Program-made: the position numbers and the translations under genes
From: Neocallimastix sp. 'constans'
Taxonomy: Eukaryota
NCBI GenBank assembly: GCA_050613775.1
Contig: JBODTK010000137.1
Span: forward strand, 248,001-312,000
Direction: 5' to 3'
Length of the DNA stretch: 64,000 nucleotides
The notes under the pieces: generated by a model
Database searches by the model: none
Seen by the model: the letters and a program-made list of their open reading frames with translations, nothing else
What the model was told of the DNA's origin: nothing
Shown here: piece after piece, positions 45,700 through 60,589 of the stretch
How the letters are laid out: the number at the start of each line of letters is the position of its first letter
How positions within the stretch are numbered: the stretch's first letter is position 1

Positions 45700-46985
45700 G
45701 TGAGTATTTAATTTCAAGATTAATAATATGTATTCCAAAGATAATTCTAGCAATGCTGATGGTGAATACGGCTAATAGATAAAATAATATCAAAACAAAA
45801 AAGTGTTGGTCAATGGTACTTTAAAAACATAATATTTAGTCCCTGTCTAAAAAAAAGAGATAAAAAAATCAAAAGTATTATCTACTTTTGTTTTGTTTTC
45901 ACAAAAAGGCCGTATTTTTAGGATCATTACTTTAATAAATCGCACGTATGGAATCTTTATTTGGATAATCAGTAATAAACCAAATATTAATTTTTAACGT
46001 TCCAATAATTAATTTAATTAGTTTAGTGTTCATATAATTTTACTGATGGTTCTTATATTAGAATTGCAAACATCAGTACCCTTATTATCCAAATCCATTC
46101 TCGCCATATTCATAAATTTAGTATTACATGCCGTATTTTTTTAATATTTCACTATCATGTATTAAAGTCTAATATTGCTTTACAACTTCTTTATTGTAAA
46201 ATATACCAGTTTCGAAACGTTTCGTGTTAACTTTACCATTATAATTATTTTCTACAAGTTTCTATTTATCCGGCCCATCTAAATTATAAGCATCTTGAAT
46301 ACCCATAGGTATTTTCAATTAATGGATAACATTTATCACCATCATCTTCATAATTCCTACAACCCTTCCATATTATTTATTGGTATTTAGTTTACCTAAG
46401 TCATTTTTATCATTATATTTATATTTATTGCATGTAATAATTAGCTATTTTTTTTTTTTTTTTGTATCATCAAAATTTGAAACTGTAGATTTAGTATAAA
46501 AATATTTATTATACTCAATATCATTTTCAGTTTGAACTTTTATTTAAAAAAGTTGTATCAGCAATTATTTTACCAAAATTATTTTTTTTATATCAGATAA
46601 TTAAATATGATCTTTTTTTTTTTTTATATGAATAATTATTGTTTCATTTGTATATTCATTTGTTCATTTAAAAATATTCCATGCTTGTATCAAATATATC
46701 GGTTAATTTAATTATATTGATAACCCTTTTTTTTCCTAAATATTTCTATAGTATATTATCATGAGAAATATTTATATCATTATAAATAGGTTTTTTTTTT
46801 TTTTAGATTATTCAAGTTTAATATCTAATTCCATTCTCCAATTGTTCTTTAAAGTTTAAATCGTGAGTTCTTCCAAATTCCAAATATTGTTCCATTTGAT
46901 ACCATGAAAACACTGCATATTGTAAGACAAAATTATTATAAAGTTGTTCTATATTAAATTTTCCATTATAGTCTGTACCTGGAAT
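45700..46985 (-). pseudogene. Degraded coding remnant of unknown origin
   Basis: Locally higher GC with broken reading segments on the minus strand: IPGTDYNGKFNIEQLYNNFVLQYAVFSWYQMEQYLEFG, KIPMGIQDAYNLDGPDK, KRFETGIFYNKEVVKQY*TLIHDSEILKKYGM, IGTLKINIWFITDYPNKDSIRAIY. Confidence 0.4.
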
Positions 46986-46994
46986 GTTATTTTA

Positions 46995-48310
46995 ATAGTA
47001 ATAAATATAATAATATTATATAATAATAATAATAATAGTAGCAATAATAATAATATTAATATTTATAGTTGTAATAATAGCAATGATAATAATTGTAGTA
47101 ATAAAAATAATAATAGAAGTAGTAATGAAAATAATAATAATAGTATTAATTGTAATAATAGTAATAATAATAATAATAATAAAAATATTAATAATAATAA
47201 TAAAGGTGATAATAAAAATATTAAAATAATATTAATATTAATATTAGTAATACAAATAATTATAATAATAATAATAATAAAATACTAGTAGTAGTAGTAG
47301 TATTAATAATAAATATATTAAAATAATAAAAATAATTAAATAATAATAGTAATAATAATAATAAAAAAAAGTATATAATAGTAATAATAGTAATAATAAA
47401 AGTATTTATAATAGTACTATTAGTATTAATAAAATTATTTATAATAGTAATAATTATAATAATAATAAAATAGTTGTAGAATAGTAGTAATAATAATAAT
47501 GATAATAAAAATAATAATAATAAAAATTTTAATAATAATAAAAATTTTAATAATAATAAAAATAATAGTGGTAGTTATATAAAATAATGAGTACTCATCT
47601 CCCATTATGATTATAACAAGATAGTAGTAATAAAAGTAATAAAATAATAATAGAAGTAATAAAAATAATAATAAAAATAGTAATAAATATAATAATATTA
47701 GTATTAATTGTAATAATTTTAATAATAGTAGTAATAATAATAATAATAACAATATTAATAATAATAATAATAAAAATATTAATAATAATAATAATAGAAG
47801 TTATAATAAAAATAATAATAAAAATAGTAATAAATATAATTATATTAGTATTAATTGTAATAATTTTAATAATAGTAGTAATAATAATAATAATAACAAT
47901 ATTAATAATAATAATAATAAAAATATTAATAATAATAATAATAGAAGTTATAATAAAAATAATAATAAAAATAGTAATAAATATAATTATATTAGTATTA
48001 ATTGTAATAATTTTAATAATAGTAGTAATAATAATAATAATAACAATATTAATAATAATAATAATAAAAATATTAATAATAATAATGAAAATAATATTAA
48101 TAATAAAAATAATAATAATAGTAATAGTAATAAAAATAATAATATTAATATTAATAAAAATAATAGTAGTAATAATCTTAATAATAGTAATAATAATAAT
48201 AATAATAATAACAGTAGTCGTAGTTGTAATTTTAATAATAAAAATAATAATATTAATAATAATGAAAAATAATAAAAATAACAAAAAATAATAATAATCA
48301 TAATAGTAAA
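46995..48310. repeat. (AAT)n-derived low-complexity tract with about three tandem 144-147-bp higher-order copies (47651-~48085)
   Basis: Anchor TAGAAGT at 47651, 47795 and 47942, with near-identical sequence between anchors. Confidence 0.85.
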
Positions 48311-49788
48311 ATTTGTATTGATGAATTAGTAAAAAAAAAAAAAAATGCAACCTTTAACGGATTAAAATTTTCTTCATTTGCAATAAACTAGGTCATTTAA
48401 TTCGTAAAATTAAAACAAGATTCTAATTTTATCAAATTATACTAATTCACAAAAAAAAAAAAAAAAACCTAATTTTATCAAATGATACGAATTCACAAAA
48501 GTAAAATAATAATAAAAAAAAAAATATTTACAACTATAAATAATACAAAAATTACCTCTAACAATAACGATAATAGTAATAGTGGATAATAGTAATAATA
48601 GTGATTATAATAGTGATAATCCTAATAATAATATATATCATAAAAAAAATTTTTTTTTAATTTAAAAGATAGAAAAGGTATTAAAACCTCACTCTAGACG
48701 TTTAACGTAAGTAAATTAAAATTATAAATTTTCAATTAATACAATTTACATTCTATTTTATATGATATCACATAATGAAAATAAATATAAGAATGATAAT
48801 AATAAAAAAATTAAAAAGAAAGTTAGAGGAACTGCAATCAATCTTATATTATGACTTAAATTGAAATTAGAAATATTTCCTATGCACACTCAATAAGTTT
48901 TATTAATACTTTTTTTAAAAAAAAAAATTAATAATAATAATAACAATTTTATTATAAAGAAATACTTTTTTTTAAAAAAGTTTTTTCTATTCTTTTATTT
49001 ACATAATCGTTTACTAAAAGTTATTATCTTTAATTAATAAAAACATAATATATAAACATGATAATCATTATCATATAGAAGTTAAAGTTGTTGTATCGTT
49101 ATCGATAATACATATCATCATAATTATTTTATAATTATTTGTATTTTATCATCATTAATTAATTAATTAATAAATAAATAAATAAATAAATATAAGTGAA
49201 TGCAAAAATATATATATTACTTGGTAGTACAAAAATACTTTTCATGTTATTTTAATGATTTATAAAAATAATTAGTTATAAAAATATTTATATATATTAT
49301 ATATGAAAAAAAAAAAATATATTTTAATTTCATTAATTATTAAACTCTCTCTATATATATATTATATATATTTTTTATTATTACTATAATTATATTTTAA
49401 ATTTCAAAAGTAAAAATTTATCACAATTCTTTTTTTTTTAAAAAAAAATTTTTTTCAAAAGAAATTTACCTCTTTTTTTTTTATATTTTTTTTTTTTCAT
49501 TATCATATTTTAAATTATGTTTCATAAAAGTAATTATAAATAGACCTTTATATAAATTTCATTAATTATTAAATTCCCTTTTTTAAAATTCATTAATACA
49601 TAAAAAATAAAAAATAAAAGAATTAATAAAAAAAAATAAAAACAATAAAATAAAAAAAAAAAAATAAAAATAAAAATAAAAAAAAATAAAATAAAAATAA
49701 AAAATAAAAATTTTTAAATTTAATTAATTAGTATAATCTTTTTTTTTTTTTTTTTTTTTTTTTTTATTTATTGAAATAGTAATTAATT

Positions 49789-49827
<39 letters not shown>

Positions 49828-50219
49828 AACAAAAGAAAGCAAGAAAGAAATTAATAAAATAATTTTTATGAATTATTAGTTACTTTTTCATTACATTTAA
49901 TTATGTTTCATAAAATAATTTAATAAATAAATAAATAAATATGAATAAATGAATAATAAGTATGAATAAATAAATAAATAAATATAAATAAATATGAATA
50001 AATAAACGAATAAATAAAACTAAATCGGTTTTAAATAATAATTTTATAAATAATGATTAAATGAAAAGAAAATGAAAAAATATTTTTTTCTAAAACTTAG
50101 ATCTACATGATTTTTCTTTTTTTTTCTCATCTTTTATATTTTAAAGTATTCAAGATCTTCATGATTTTCTATAAGAAATAAAAAGAAAAAAAAGTTAAAT
50201 AAATATAAACTTTTTAATA

Positions 50220-50440
50220 ATAAATAAATAATTAAATAATTAAATAAATAAATAATAAATAATAAATAATAATAATAAATAATAATAATAAATAATAAAT
50301 AATAAATAATAAATAATAAATAATAAATAATAAATAATAAATAATAAATAATAAATAATAAATAATAAATAATAAATAATTGAATAATAAATAATAAATA
50401 ATAAATAAATAATAAATAATAAATAATAAATAAATAATAA
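50220..50440. repeat. (AATAAAT)n heptanucleotide microsatellite
   Basis: Roughly 25-30 near-perfect tandem units. Confidence 0.9.
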
Positions 50441-53400
50441 AAAGAATATATTTTATATGTATATACTTTTCTTTTTTTATAAAATAAAAAGAAATAATAA
50501 TAATAATAGCAAATTTAAGATCTTCAAATGACCTTCTTAGAAAAAAAATTAATTATTTTTCATTTTTCACTTCTCTTTTTTTTTTTTTGTTTTGTTTTAT
50601 TTATTTAATATCTATAAATAAATAAATAAATAAATAAATTAAAATTTTATTATTTTTTTATAGTGTACAAAAAAAATTTATTTATTTAAAAAATCATCCA
50701 ATAAAAATAAAAAAAAATAAAAGTTTAATAAAAAATAATTTAAAAAAAATGTAAAACATTTTTTAATATATATAAAATAATATGAATAAACTATAATCTA
50801 TATAATAAAAATATAAAAATATTTTTTTAAAATTTAAAAATTTTAAAAATTTAAAAATAAAAAAATGATAAAAAAAGAAAAAAAAAAACGGTAAATGAAT
50901 TTATATTTATGGTAGTGGTGGCGCGTATGTACTACATTTCATTTCAAAAAAAAAATAATAATAATAATAATAAATAAATAAAAATAAAAATAATAAATAA
51001 ATAAAAATAAAAATAAAAAATAATATAAATAAAAAATAATAAAAATAAAATTATATAATGTTATATAATTTTATATAATATTACTAATAAGATTTTATAA
51101 AAAGAGATTAAAAAATCATTGGATTCCTTAACAGTTATATTTTAATTTTTAAGGAAAATAAAAATTAATTATAAAAATAAAAAATATAAAAAAAAAAAAA
51201 TTCATATGTCTAATTAATATACTATAGATAATTTTAATTTTAATTTTTAATTTTAATTTTTTTTTTTTTTTTGGTTTTTTGGTTTTTTGGTTTCTAAAAG
51301 TAAATACCAATTAACTAATAATTCATAAAATATATATTTCAACTTTTTATTTATTTATTTATTTATTTATTATTTACTTTTCATAAAATAGATTATTATT
51401 AAAAATAAAAATATAATTAATCATATTATTTTTTATTTTTTATTTTTTTATCCATTCTAGAATAATATTTAACCATAATCCATAATTCATATTTCAAAAA
51501 AAAAAAAAATTAAATAAAATAAAAGTTATAAAAGAAAAAATATTTAACTTATTAATTATATCAAATAAAACTTTAAGAAAAAATTGAATAAAAAAAAAGT
51601 TCATATGAAAATAAATATACTAAATAAATATATAAATAAATAATTTAATAATTTAATAATTCAAAGTTTTTTTATATATTTTTTTTAATTAAATAAGAAA
51701 TATTTTTAAATTTTATTTAATTTTTAAGGCTAAATTACTCAGTTTTTTTTTTTAAAAAAAAAATATTTATATATATTTATATATATAGAAAGATATTTAT
51801 ATAAAACAATAAAAAAAAAAGATATATAAAAGAAAAAAAAAATAAAACAATGAAAAAATAAAATGATTCATAAAAAAAAAAAAAATACATTTATTAATAA
51901 CTTTATATGTTATAATTTTTAAATTTATTTTTTTTTTTTTTTTATTTTATATTATTTTAATATTTATATATTTAGTTAGTTATTATCTTTAATTTAATAT
52001 ATATATTATATTTATTTACTTATTTATTCATTTCTTATATTTATACAAAATATTTTATTTCCTTTTTTTTTTAATTTATATATTAATATTTTAAATATCA
52101 AATAAATAACATTCTCTTTTTTCCTTTTTTTATTAATTTATTTATTTTTATATATATTAAAATAAAAACAATATTTTTTTTCTTTTTCTTATTTTTATAT
52201 TTCTTTTTTCTTTTTTCTTTTATTTTAATTTTATTATTCAAAAAAAATATATATATATTTTTTTTTTATTTTTTTTTTTGTTTTGCTTCTTTACTTTTAT
52301 TTCCATTTTCCATTTTCTATTTATTTTATTAAATTTAATCTATTTTTTAATATCAATAAAAAATTTTAATTTAAATTAAATAATATTTTTAATTTCAATA
52401 ATGAAATTTTTTATTTTAAATTAAAAATTTTTTAATTTCAATAGCAAAATTTTTTAATTTATGATTTGTGTTTGTCCTACCGTCAAAATGATAATTGTTT
52501 TTAATAAGTTTTTTTTAATTTTCTTTTTCATTTGTTTTTAATATCTAAATTTTTTTTTATTTAATATTAAACTATATTATATTTTTTTTTCTATTCTTTT
52601 TATCTATTAACCCTTTTACTCATAAAATTATATAAATTAAATATTTATTATTATTATTATTATTGTTACTATTATTAAAACAATAACATTATTATTACTA
52701 TAATAGTGTTATTGTTATTATTACTATAGTGTTATTATTATTATTAGTATTACAATAGTGTTATTGTTATTAATTCTATATAATGTTATTATTATTACTA
52801 GTATTACTGTGATTTTATTATTATGACTTATTATCACAATAGTTATCACTATTTCTTTACTATTATTACTGTTACTATTATTATCACTATTGTTATCACA
52901 ACTATTTTTATTCTTACTTATTATCACAATTGTTATCACTATTTCTTTACTTTACTTCTTGATTACTATTATTACTATTTAACTGTCTTGTAATTTTTGA
53001 ATTTATAGGTTGACTTTCGAAACAGCAATTTAATTTATAATTATAATACAAAATGGTTATCAAACCTTATCTTTCCTTTCAAGGATAATGAAAGTTTAAT
53101 TTGTTTATTTTAATAAATATTTAATAATTTAAGTTTTTTTTTTTTTTTTAATTTTTTTATTTTTTTTTTTTTTTTTTAAATTTTTTTTAAATAAATAATA
53201 ATTAAAATTTTAAATAATCATTAAAGTTTGAAATAAGAATTAAAACTTTAAATAATAATTAAAATTTTATATAAGAATTATAATAGATAAAAAATTATAC
53301 AATAAAAGATATATTAAAATTGTAGAATAATTTAATTAAAATAGATCTTTATATGAAAATGTAATAATAAATAAATAAATAAATTAAATTTTAAAGTTTA

Positions 53401-55576
53401 AAAACTAATTAAAATAATAAAATAATAAATCTTATTTTTATATATATATTTTTTTATTTTTTATTATATTTTATTTTTATTTTTATTTTTTTTTATTTAT
53501 TACTTTTTATTTATTATTTATTATTTTTTTTATTTTATTTTTCATGGTTGTTAAAGTGAGTCTATTTGGAATTAATCTCTTAATCAAAATAAGGATATGG
53601 AATTAATAAATATAAGTCTCCCTTTGATTTTAAAATTTAAGGAGAGAAAGAAAAAAAAATTATTATAAAATTTTTTTTATAATTATTATGTTTAAAGTTT
53701 TTTTTTTTTTTCTTTTAGTAGTTTAAAAAAATATATAATAATAATAATGAACAAAAAAAAAAAAGATTTATAATAATAATAATAAAAGAGATTAAGAATT
53801 TTTTTTTTTTACCATAAATTAATTGGGACATTGACTCCCTTGAATGACTTACAGTTCTATATTATTATTCATCAATATATTTATATATTGATTTATTAGT
53901 GATTATTAAAAAAAATAATATATAATACAATACTAATATATATTTTATATAATTTATTACTATTATTACTATTATAATGATTATTACTTTTATTACTATT
54001 ATTATTTATGATTAATATTCAATATAATTATTTAATATTTAATATTTATTATTTAATTAATTATTTATTATTAATTTATTTATTATTTTTTTTTTTTTAA
54101 TTAAGAAATAAATGTAATTTTTACTAAAAATTGAAAAATGTTGAAAAAAGTAATTTATTAATAATAATTTAATAATAATAATTTATTGAATATAATAAAT
54201 AAATAAAAATAAAATAATTCTTTTTTTTTTTTTTATTGTGATGTCACTTTTCTTTTTTTTTTTTTTTTTTTTTTCCATAATTTTGTTTCATCATGGTCAA
54301 ATAAATATATAGATCGTCAAATAGATATTTAATTAATTAATTTTCATGATGACTGTTTTATTTTATGAGGATCATGATGAATCTTTAATAAGTTTAATTT
54401 TTTATCATAATAAAATACATAAATAAATAAAAATTAGAAATAATTAAAATAATAATAATAATAATAATAATAAACAATAAGAATAAATAATAATAATAAT
54501 AATAATAAAGAATAATAAATAATAATAATAATAATTTTATATTTTATTTAGTTTTTTTTTATTTTTTTTATTTTTTTTATTCTATTTATATTTTATTTAT
54601 ATTTTATTTATTATTTTATTTTATTTTATTTTTAATATATATATATGAGTTAGTTAAAATAAATAAATTTAGTTAAAAGAGTTAAATAAATTTAATTAAA
54701 AGATTTAAAATTCATTAAATATTTTTTTTTTTTTGATATTGAATTTTTAATGATAAAAATTTTTTTGTTGTTTGTTTGTTTGTTTACTATTATTATTTTT
54801 TTTTCTGTGTTGTAATCTATGATGATGTTTATCTAAATTATTTTAATTTGATATATATATATATATATTTTTTGTAATAATTTTTAATATAATAATAATT
54901 TTAATTTTTTAATTATTTTTAAAAATAAAAAAATAAAAAATAAAAAATAAAACAAATAAAATATATAAATACTTTATATATATATATATTTTCTTTAAAT
55001 TAATTTTCTATTATTTATTATTTATTTTATTTTATACTTCTAAAATTTTTTTTAAAAATTTTTTTTTTTATATTTATTATTATTATTTTTCAAAATTTTC
55101 AAAATTAATATATGTATAAAAATCAAGATTTCTATGGTATAAATATATATAAATTATAAATGTTTTTTATATTGTTTTTTTTTTTTTTTTTTTTTTTTTT
55201 TTAGTATTTTTAGTATTTTTAGTATTTTTTTTTTCATTATATTATATAAATATATCTGTTAGTTTTCTTTTTTTCTATCTGGAGTTAAAAAACTCCAAAT
55301 TAAAAAAAAAAAAAGAAATTATTATTATTTTTTTTTTTTTTTTTGATGATCATAAAGCATATATATATATATATAAATTTTTTCTAATCTTTTTTTATAA
55401 AAAAAGTTTGTCACTTCATATTACATTAAATTAACTTTCTTTTTTAATAATAATAATAATTTTTTTTTTTTTTGGTTTTACTATTATTATTATTATTTAT
55501 TTTTAATTTTTTTTTTCTGTTTATGTTTTTTGTTTATGTTTTTTATATATATATATATATATTTTTTTTTATGATT

Positions 55577-57623
55577 CTATTGTTTTACGATTTTAGAAGT
55601 AGAAACTTTAGCAGGATATACTATTTCTTCAGTATATACACCATCTCTTACATAATTATTTTCTGAATAACCTTTACGATTATCATCCTCCATTCTTATA
55701 AAACTATCCATTTGTGAATTATTATATCCGGAGACTATGGTACTTTGATAGAAGGTAGCTTGATCTGAATCTGCTTCACTATATTTTCTTGTTTTATTTA
55801 CTAAATTTCGATCATCTCTTGTATTGAAGTTATACTCATCACTTGAGAATGAATTACTACTATTATATTGTTGTATTTGTTGTTGTTGATGTATTCTTTC
55901 ATTTGAAAATTTCTGTATTGGTATCATCATACGTGGAGTAATATTACCACGTTGAGGATTCACTGAATAATCCTTGATTTCACTATAAATTTTATTATTA
56001 TCACCGTAGGCAAAGGTATTATTTTGATACATATTTTTAAAGAGGAAGCCATCATCTTCATCTTCTCTAACTTCATCATTTATAGATTTCATAAATTTGT
56101 TAAATTCAAGGGTGGCTTCTAATTCACCAACCGCCTTCTTGGGTTTAATACTATTTTTAATTAATGGTAAAGGACTATTCATATTCATATTATTTCTACT
56201 GGCTTGGAATGAAGAATTAGAATCGACCTTAATCGTAATACTACTAGCATTAATACTACTCATACTATAGTTACTAGCCTTTGTAGAAATGTCTTGAGCA
56301 AAACTAAAGTTTTGACTTGGGTTACGACTATGATTTTGACTTTGACTCTGACTTTGACTTTGGCTCTTCTTTCCTGATAATGAGGTAACACCACTTAAGG
56401 TATTCTTAACTAAACTTGATATTTTCTTTTTAGCCTCTGGAGTGGTTCCAAAAATAAGTAAAACACCAATACCAACACCAGCAGTAATGTAATATGGAAT
56501 TGAGATGTTTTTAATTCCTGGTTCTAAAGTACCATTTTTTGCCATGGCCTTAGCATTTTTTATATCCCCGGTAATATTAATAACAACAACTAAACCAAAG
56601 AGTACACCAAACCATAACATTCTTATCCAACTTGAATAGGAAATAGTACTAAATTTTTTAACATCTTTCATAATATTGTTTGTTGATACAGTACAGAGAA
56701 CTAAAACAATATTAACTAATATAATAAATAAAATAAATTATAAAAAATAAAAATAAAAAAAAAAATATTTATATATATATAAATATATATATAATAAAAT
56801 TAACGATATATATATTTAGTATTAATTTTAAACATTATTTATATTATTAAAAAAATTTTTTTTTTCTTTTCTTTTTTTTTTTTAATATTCTTTATGAATT
56901 TAGTTAAAACTTACCAGCAAATGAAGCAGAGAGTACAAATGGTGGAAGGGTAGTACCTGGACCTGATAAAACGACTTGCCATGGATTTGTACGATAACCA
57001 GTAATACAATTTTCAGCCTTTGGTGGGATAACAAAATTCTTTCCTTTCAATAATTGTGGTAAAATTGAAAATACGGATAATACAATTGGAAAACCAAAAC
57101 CAAATATATATGTTAAAATTTTTGTGTGTTCAAGAAGCCATATTTTAAAGGCATTCTTTTTAGTAATCATTAACCATAAACGTAAGGCAAAACTAATTTT
57201 TATTTTTTTAATATAAATAAAAAAAATAAATATATAAATATTTATATATATATAATTATTTAATAAATTATACCATATATTTTATTTTATTTTTATTTAT
57301 TATTTCTCAATTTAAATAGATATATTTTATTTTATGTATACTTACAGCATAGCTATGTATGATTCCATACCAACTGTTAAAAAATTAGTAATAGCATGGA
57401 CATAACAACTCCAAAGAGGAGAATTGGTCATTGTAAAACCAAATATTACTAAACGGAACAACTTTGATAAATGTTGTCCTATATTTGCCACAGAGAAAAA
57501 GGTAACTAGATTGTTCCTTTGATATGTTAAATAAATAACTACAATAAGACATATTATTGATAATACGTGAATAACTATAGCGATTATTTCGCTTGTAGTT
57601 GTTTCTCCATTATAAAAACCCAT
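55577..57623 (-). CDS. Seven-transmembrane GPCR-like protein with long C-terminal tail; exons 57623-57346, 57192-56915, 56700-55577
   Basis: GT-AG introns join in frame. Seven hydrophobic segments, Cys at the start of TM3 (WSCYVH) and in ECL2 (AENCITG), TM6 SWIRMLWFGVLFGLVVVINI, TM7 YYITAGVGIGVLLIFGT, then a Ser/Asn/Gln-rich tail of about 285 aa. Confidence 0.75.
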
Positions 57624-60589
57624 TTTTTTTTTTTATGATTTTTATTCTTTAATAAATTTTATCTATTGAATTTAGTTTTTTTTTCTTTTTTAATGAATTC
57701 TTTTAAAGACTTACTCTATTCTATTATTAAATATCTATAGTCTAGTTTTCCTCCACTTTATAATAAATTAATGTTTATTTAAATATTTAATAAATATATT
57801 TATTATACTACTATATTTTTTTTTTATTTTTTATATTTTAGATTTATATACTTTTTAATTTTATATATATAATCTATTTTATCTATTTTTCTATATTTTC
57901 TATATTTCTATTTTTTTTTTTTTTATTTGATTGATCTTTTAAAAAATTTTTAAGGAATACTTTTATTCCTTCTACTTTTATTTCTTTTTATTTTTATTTT
58001 TATTTTTATTTTTTTTATTTTTTATTTTTTTTTTTAAATTTAATAACTTAAAATTTTATCATTATATCTTTCAAATAAACTTTATATACATATATAACTT
58101 ATAATAAAAATTATTTATATTTTCACAGGAATTTTTTGTATTTATATGTGTTTTTTTTTTTTAAATAAAATAAATAATAGAATAATGATCAATAATTTCT
58201 ATATTTAATAATAATAATAATTGATAATATAATAATATAATAAAATCATAATATGAATAATATATAAATAAATAAATCGTCTTTCCCTTTTTTTTTTTTT
58301 TAGAACAATACAATATTAAAAATTAATATATTTTATTAATAAATAAACTTTTATTAATTTAAATAGTACTAATATCTCTTATTGTTTATTAATTAAATAA
58401 TATACACCTTAACAAATAATTAAATAGATTTTTTATTTATATTTAATATAAAATAATTTTAAACTTTATATTATATACAAAATACTATTATTTATTTAAC
58501 TTTTTTTTTTTTTAACTGAAATTAGAAATTAAGATAATGTTATTATTTAGTTAATATATATATTTTTTATATTCATATATTTATATAATTATATTTATAT
58601 TAAAAAAGAAAAGAAAAAAAAAAAAGGAATTATAATAAAAGATTATAAAATATAATAAATTATAATAAATTATTATAAAATAAAAATAAAATAAAATAAA
58701 ATATAATAAAATGAAAAGATAAACTTTATTCTATAATAATATGAATAAAAAAAGTTACTTACAAACATTTACCCCCAAATATTTACTTTTTTTTTTTTTT
58801 TTATTTTCTACTTTGAAATGAGAACGTATATACTATCAATTATAATACAAAATTAAAACAATAGTATTTTTTATTTTTTTTTTCAACGGTAATTTCTTGT
58901 CTTACAAAGAATATAAAATTTATATTTAATATAATATAGTAAAGCGATGGATTATTTTACTATTTGACCTTTATAGATTTTATTGGTTTCTTTCAAATAA
59001 ATTGATAACATAAAAATAAAAAAAAAGATAAAACAACTAGGAAGATCGCATTACCATTAAAGCCGTCTAAGCTATATTATATTTATTATTCTAATCAAAA
59101 ATAATTAATGTTTGATATTCAATAAATATAAAAAAAAAATATATATATTATTCTAAATTAAAATTAATAAAAAGATTATGTATATTAATATATTAAAAAA
59201 ATGTACACACTATATATTATACAATAAAACCGTTCTATAACATGTAATATATTAAATTAATATTTTTATTACTATTATTATTTTTATTATTACTATTTCA
59301 AAATTTAATTTATAAATATAATAAATAAAAACGTGATAAAAACATATTTATATTTATATATATTTATATATTTATTTATATTTATATATTTATTTATATT
59401 TATATATTTATTTATATGTTTATTTATTTATATATTTATTTATTTATTTATTTATTTATTTATTTCTTTTTATTATTATTATATTATTATTATTATTATA
59501 ACAATACATTTATTAAAAAAATTAAAAAAAAAAAAAAAACTGAAAAGTACATTAATTAAATTAATTTTTTATTTTTTATTTTTTGGTTTTTGGTTTTTGT
59601 AGTTTATTTTCAGAATTTATTTAAACAAATGATTATATTGTTTTCAGAATTTAATAAAAAATTAAATATATATTAATATTTAAACATATGATATTTTAGA
59701 AAAAAAAAAATTAAAAAGATATGTTATATAATAACAATTATTATTATTGGAAGGTTTATTTATTACTATTTAAATAGTTTTTAATTTTTATAAATAAAAA
59801 ATATTTTTATACAATATATTAAAATTCTATTATATATTCATTTCCATCTTTTAATATTAATAATGAATTTAAATATATTATATATTATATATTATATATT
59901 ATTAAAATAATAATAATAATAATAATAATAAAGAAGTTTTGAACTACATTCAAAGAATTGATCAACATTTTATTGTTAATCTTTTATTTTTTTTCTTATT
60001 ATTATTATTTATTATTTATGATTATTATAATTAATTTTTTTAATTATTGAATACATATCTATTTAATTTATATATAAATATTTAAACTAATTTAACCTTT
60101 GGAATAATAATTTAATAATCCAAAAATTATAAATGTTTTTCCAAAAAAATAAAATATATATATATTATGTTTTATATTTTATATTTTATATTTTATATAT
60201 AATATATTTAATTTTTATTTTTATTATTTTTTTTTAAAAAAATATATATATTATCTATTTAATATTAATTTTATTTTATTTGGTACTGTTATACTCTTAA
60301 TGGTAACATTTCAAACTATGATATATTTAAAGCGTTTTTTTTTTTTTTTATTTCACTTTTTAAATAATATTTATATACACATAATAAATATATGTAAATA
60401 TATATATATATATTTTGGAATAATTTATATATTATATATCAAATTAATTTGTTAAAAAAAATAAAAAAAAAAATTTAAATCATCATATAGATAAAAGAAA
60501 TAGTTTATATAAAATATCTTTATTTCAAATTATATATTTAGATTATATTTCTTATAGCCGTATAAAAATAAAAAATAAAAAATTAATGA

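Noticed and set aside
46944..48350. Long Ile/Leu/Asn-rich ORFs in the track
   Set aside because: Artefacts of (AAT)n repeats, which lack stops in some frames.
50065..50570. Degenerate inverted repeats around the AATAAAT microsatellite (MITE-like)
   Set aside because: The match consists mostly of A/T runs and there is no TSD; it is expected by chance at this composition.
50911..50935. Short GC-rich stem GTAGT..ACTAC as a Helitron 3' end or regulatory site
   Set aside because: Only a 5-bp stem, no downstream CTRR terminus and no nearby gene.
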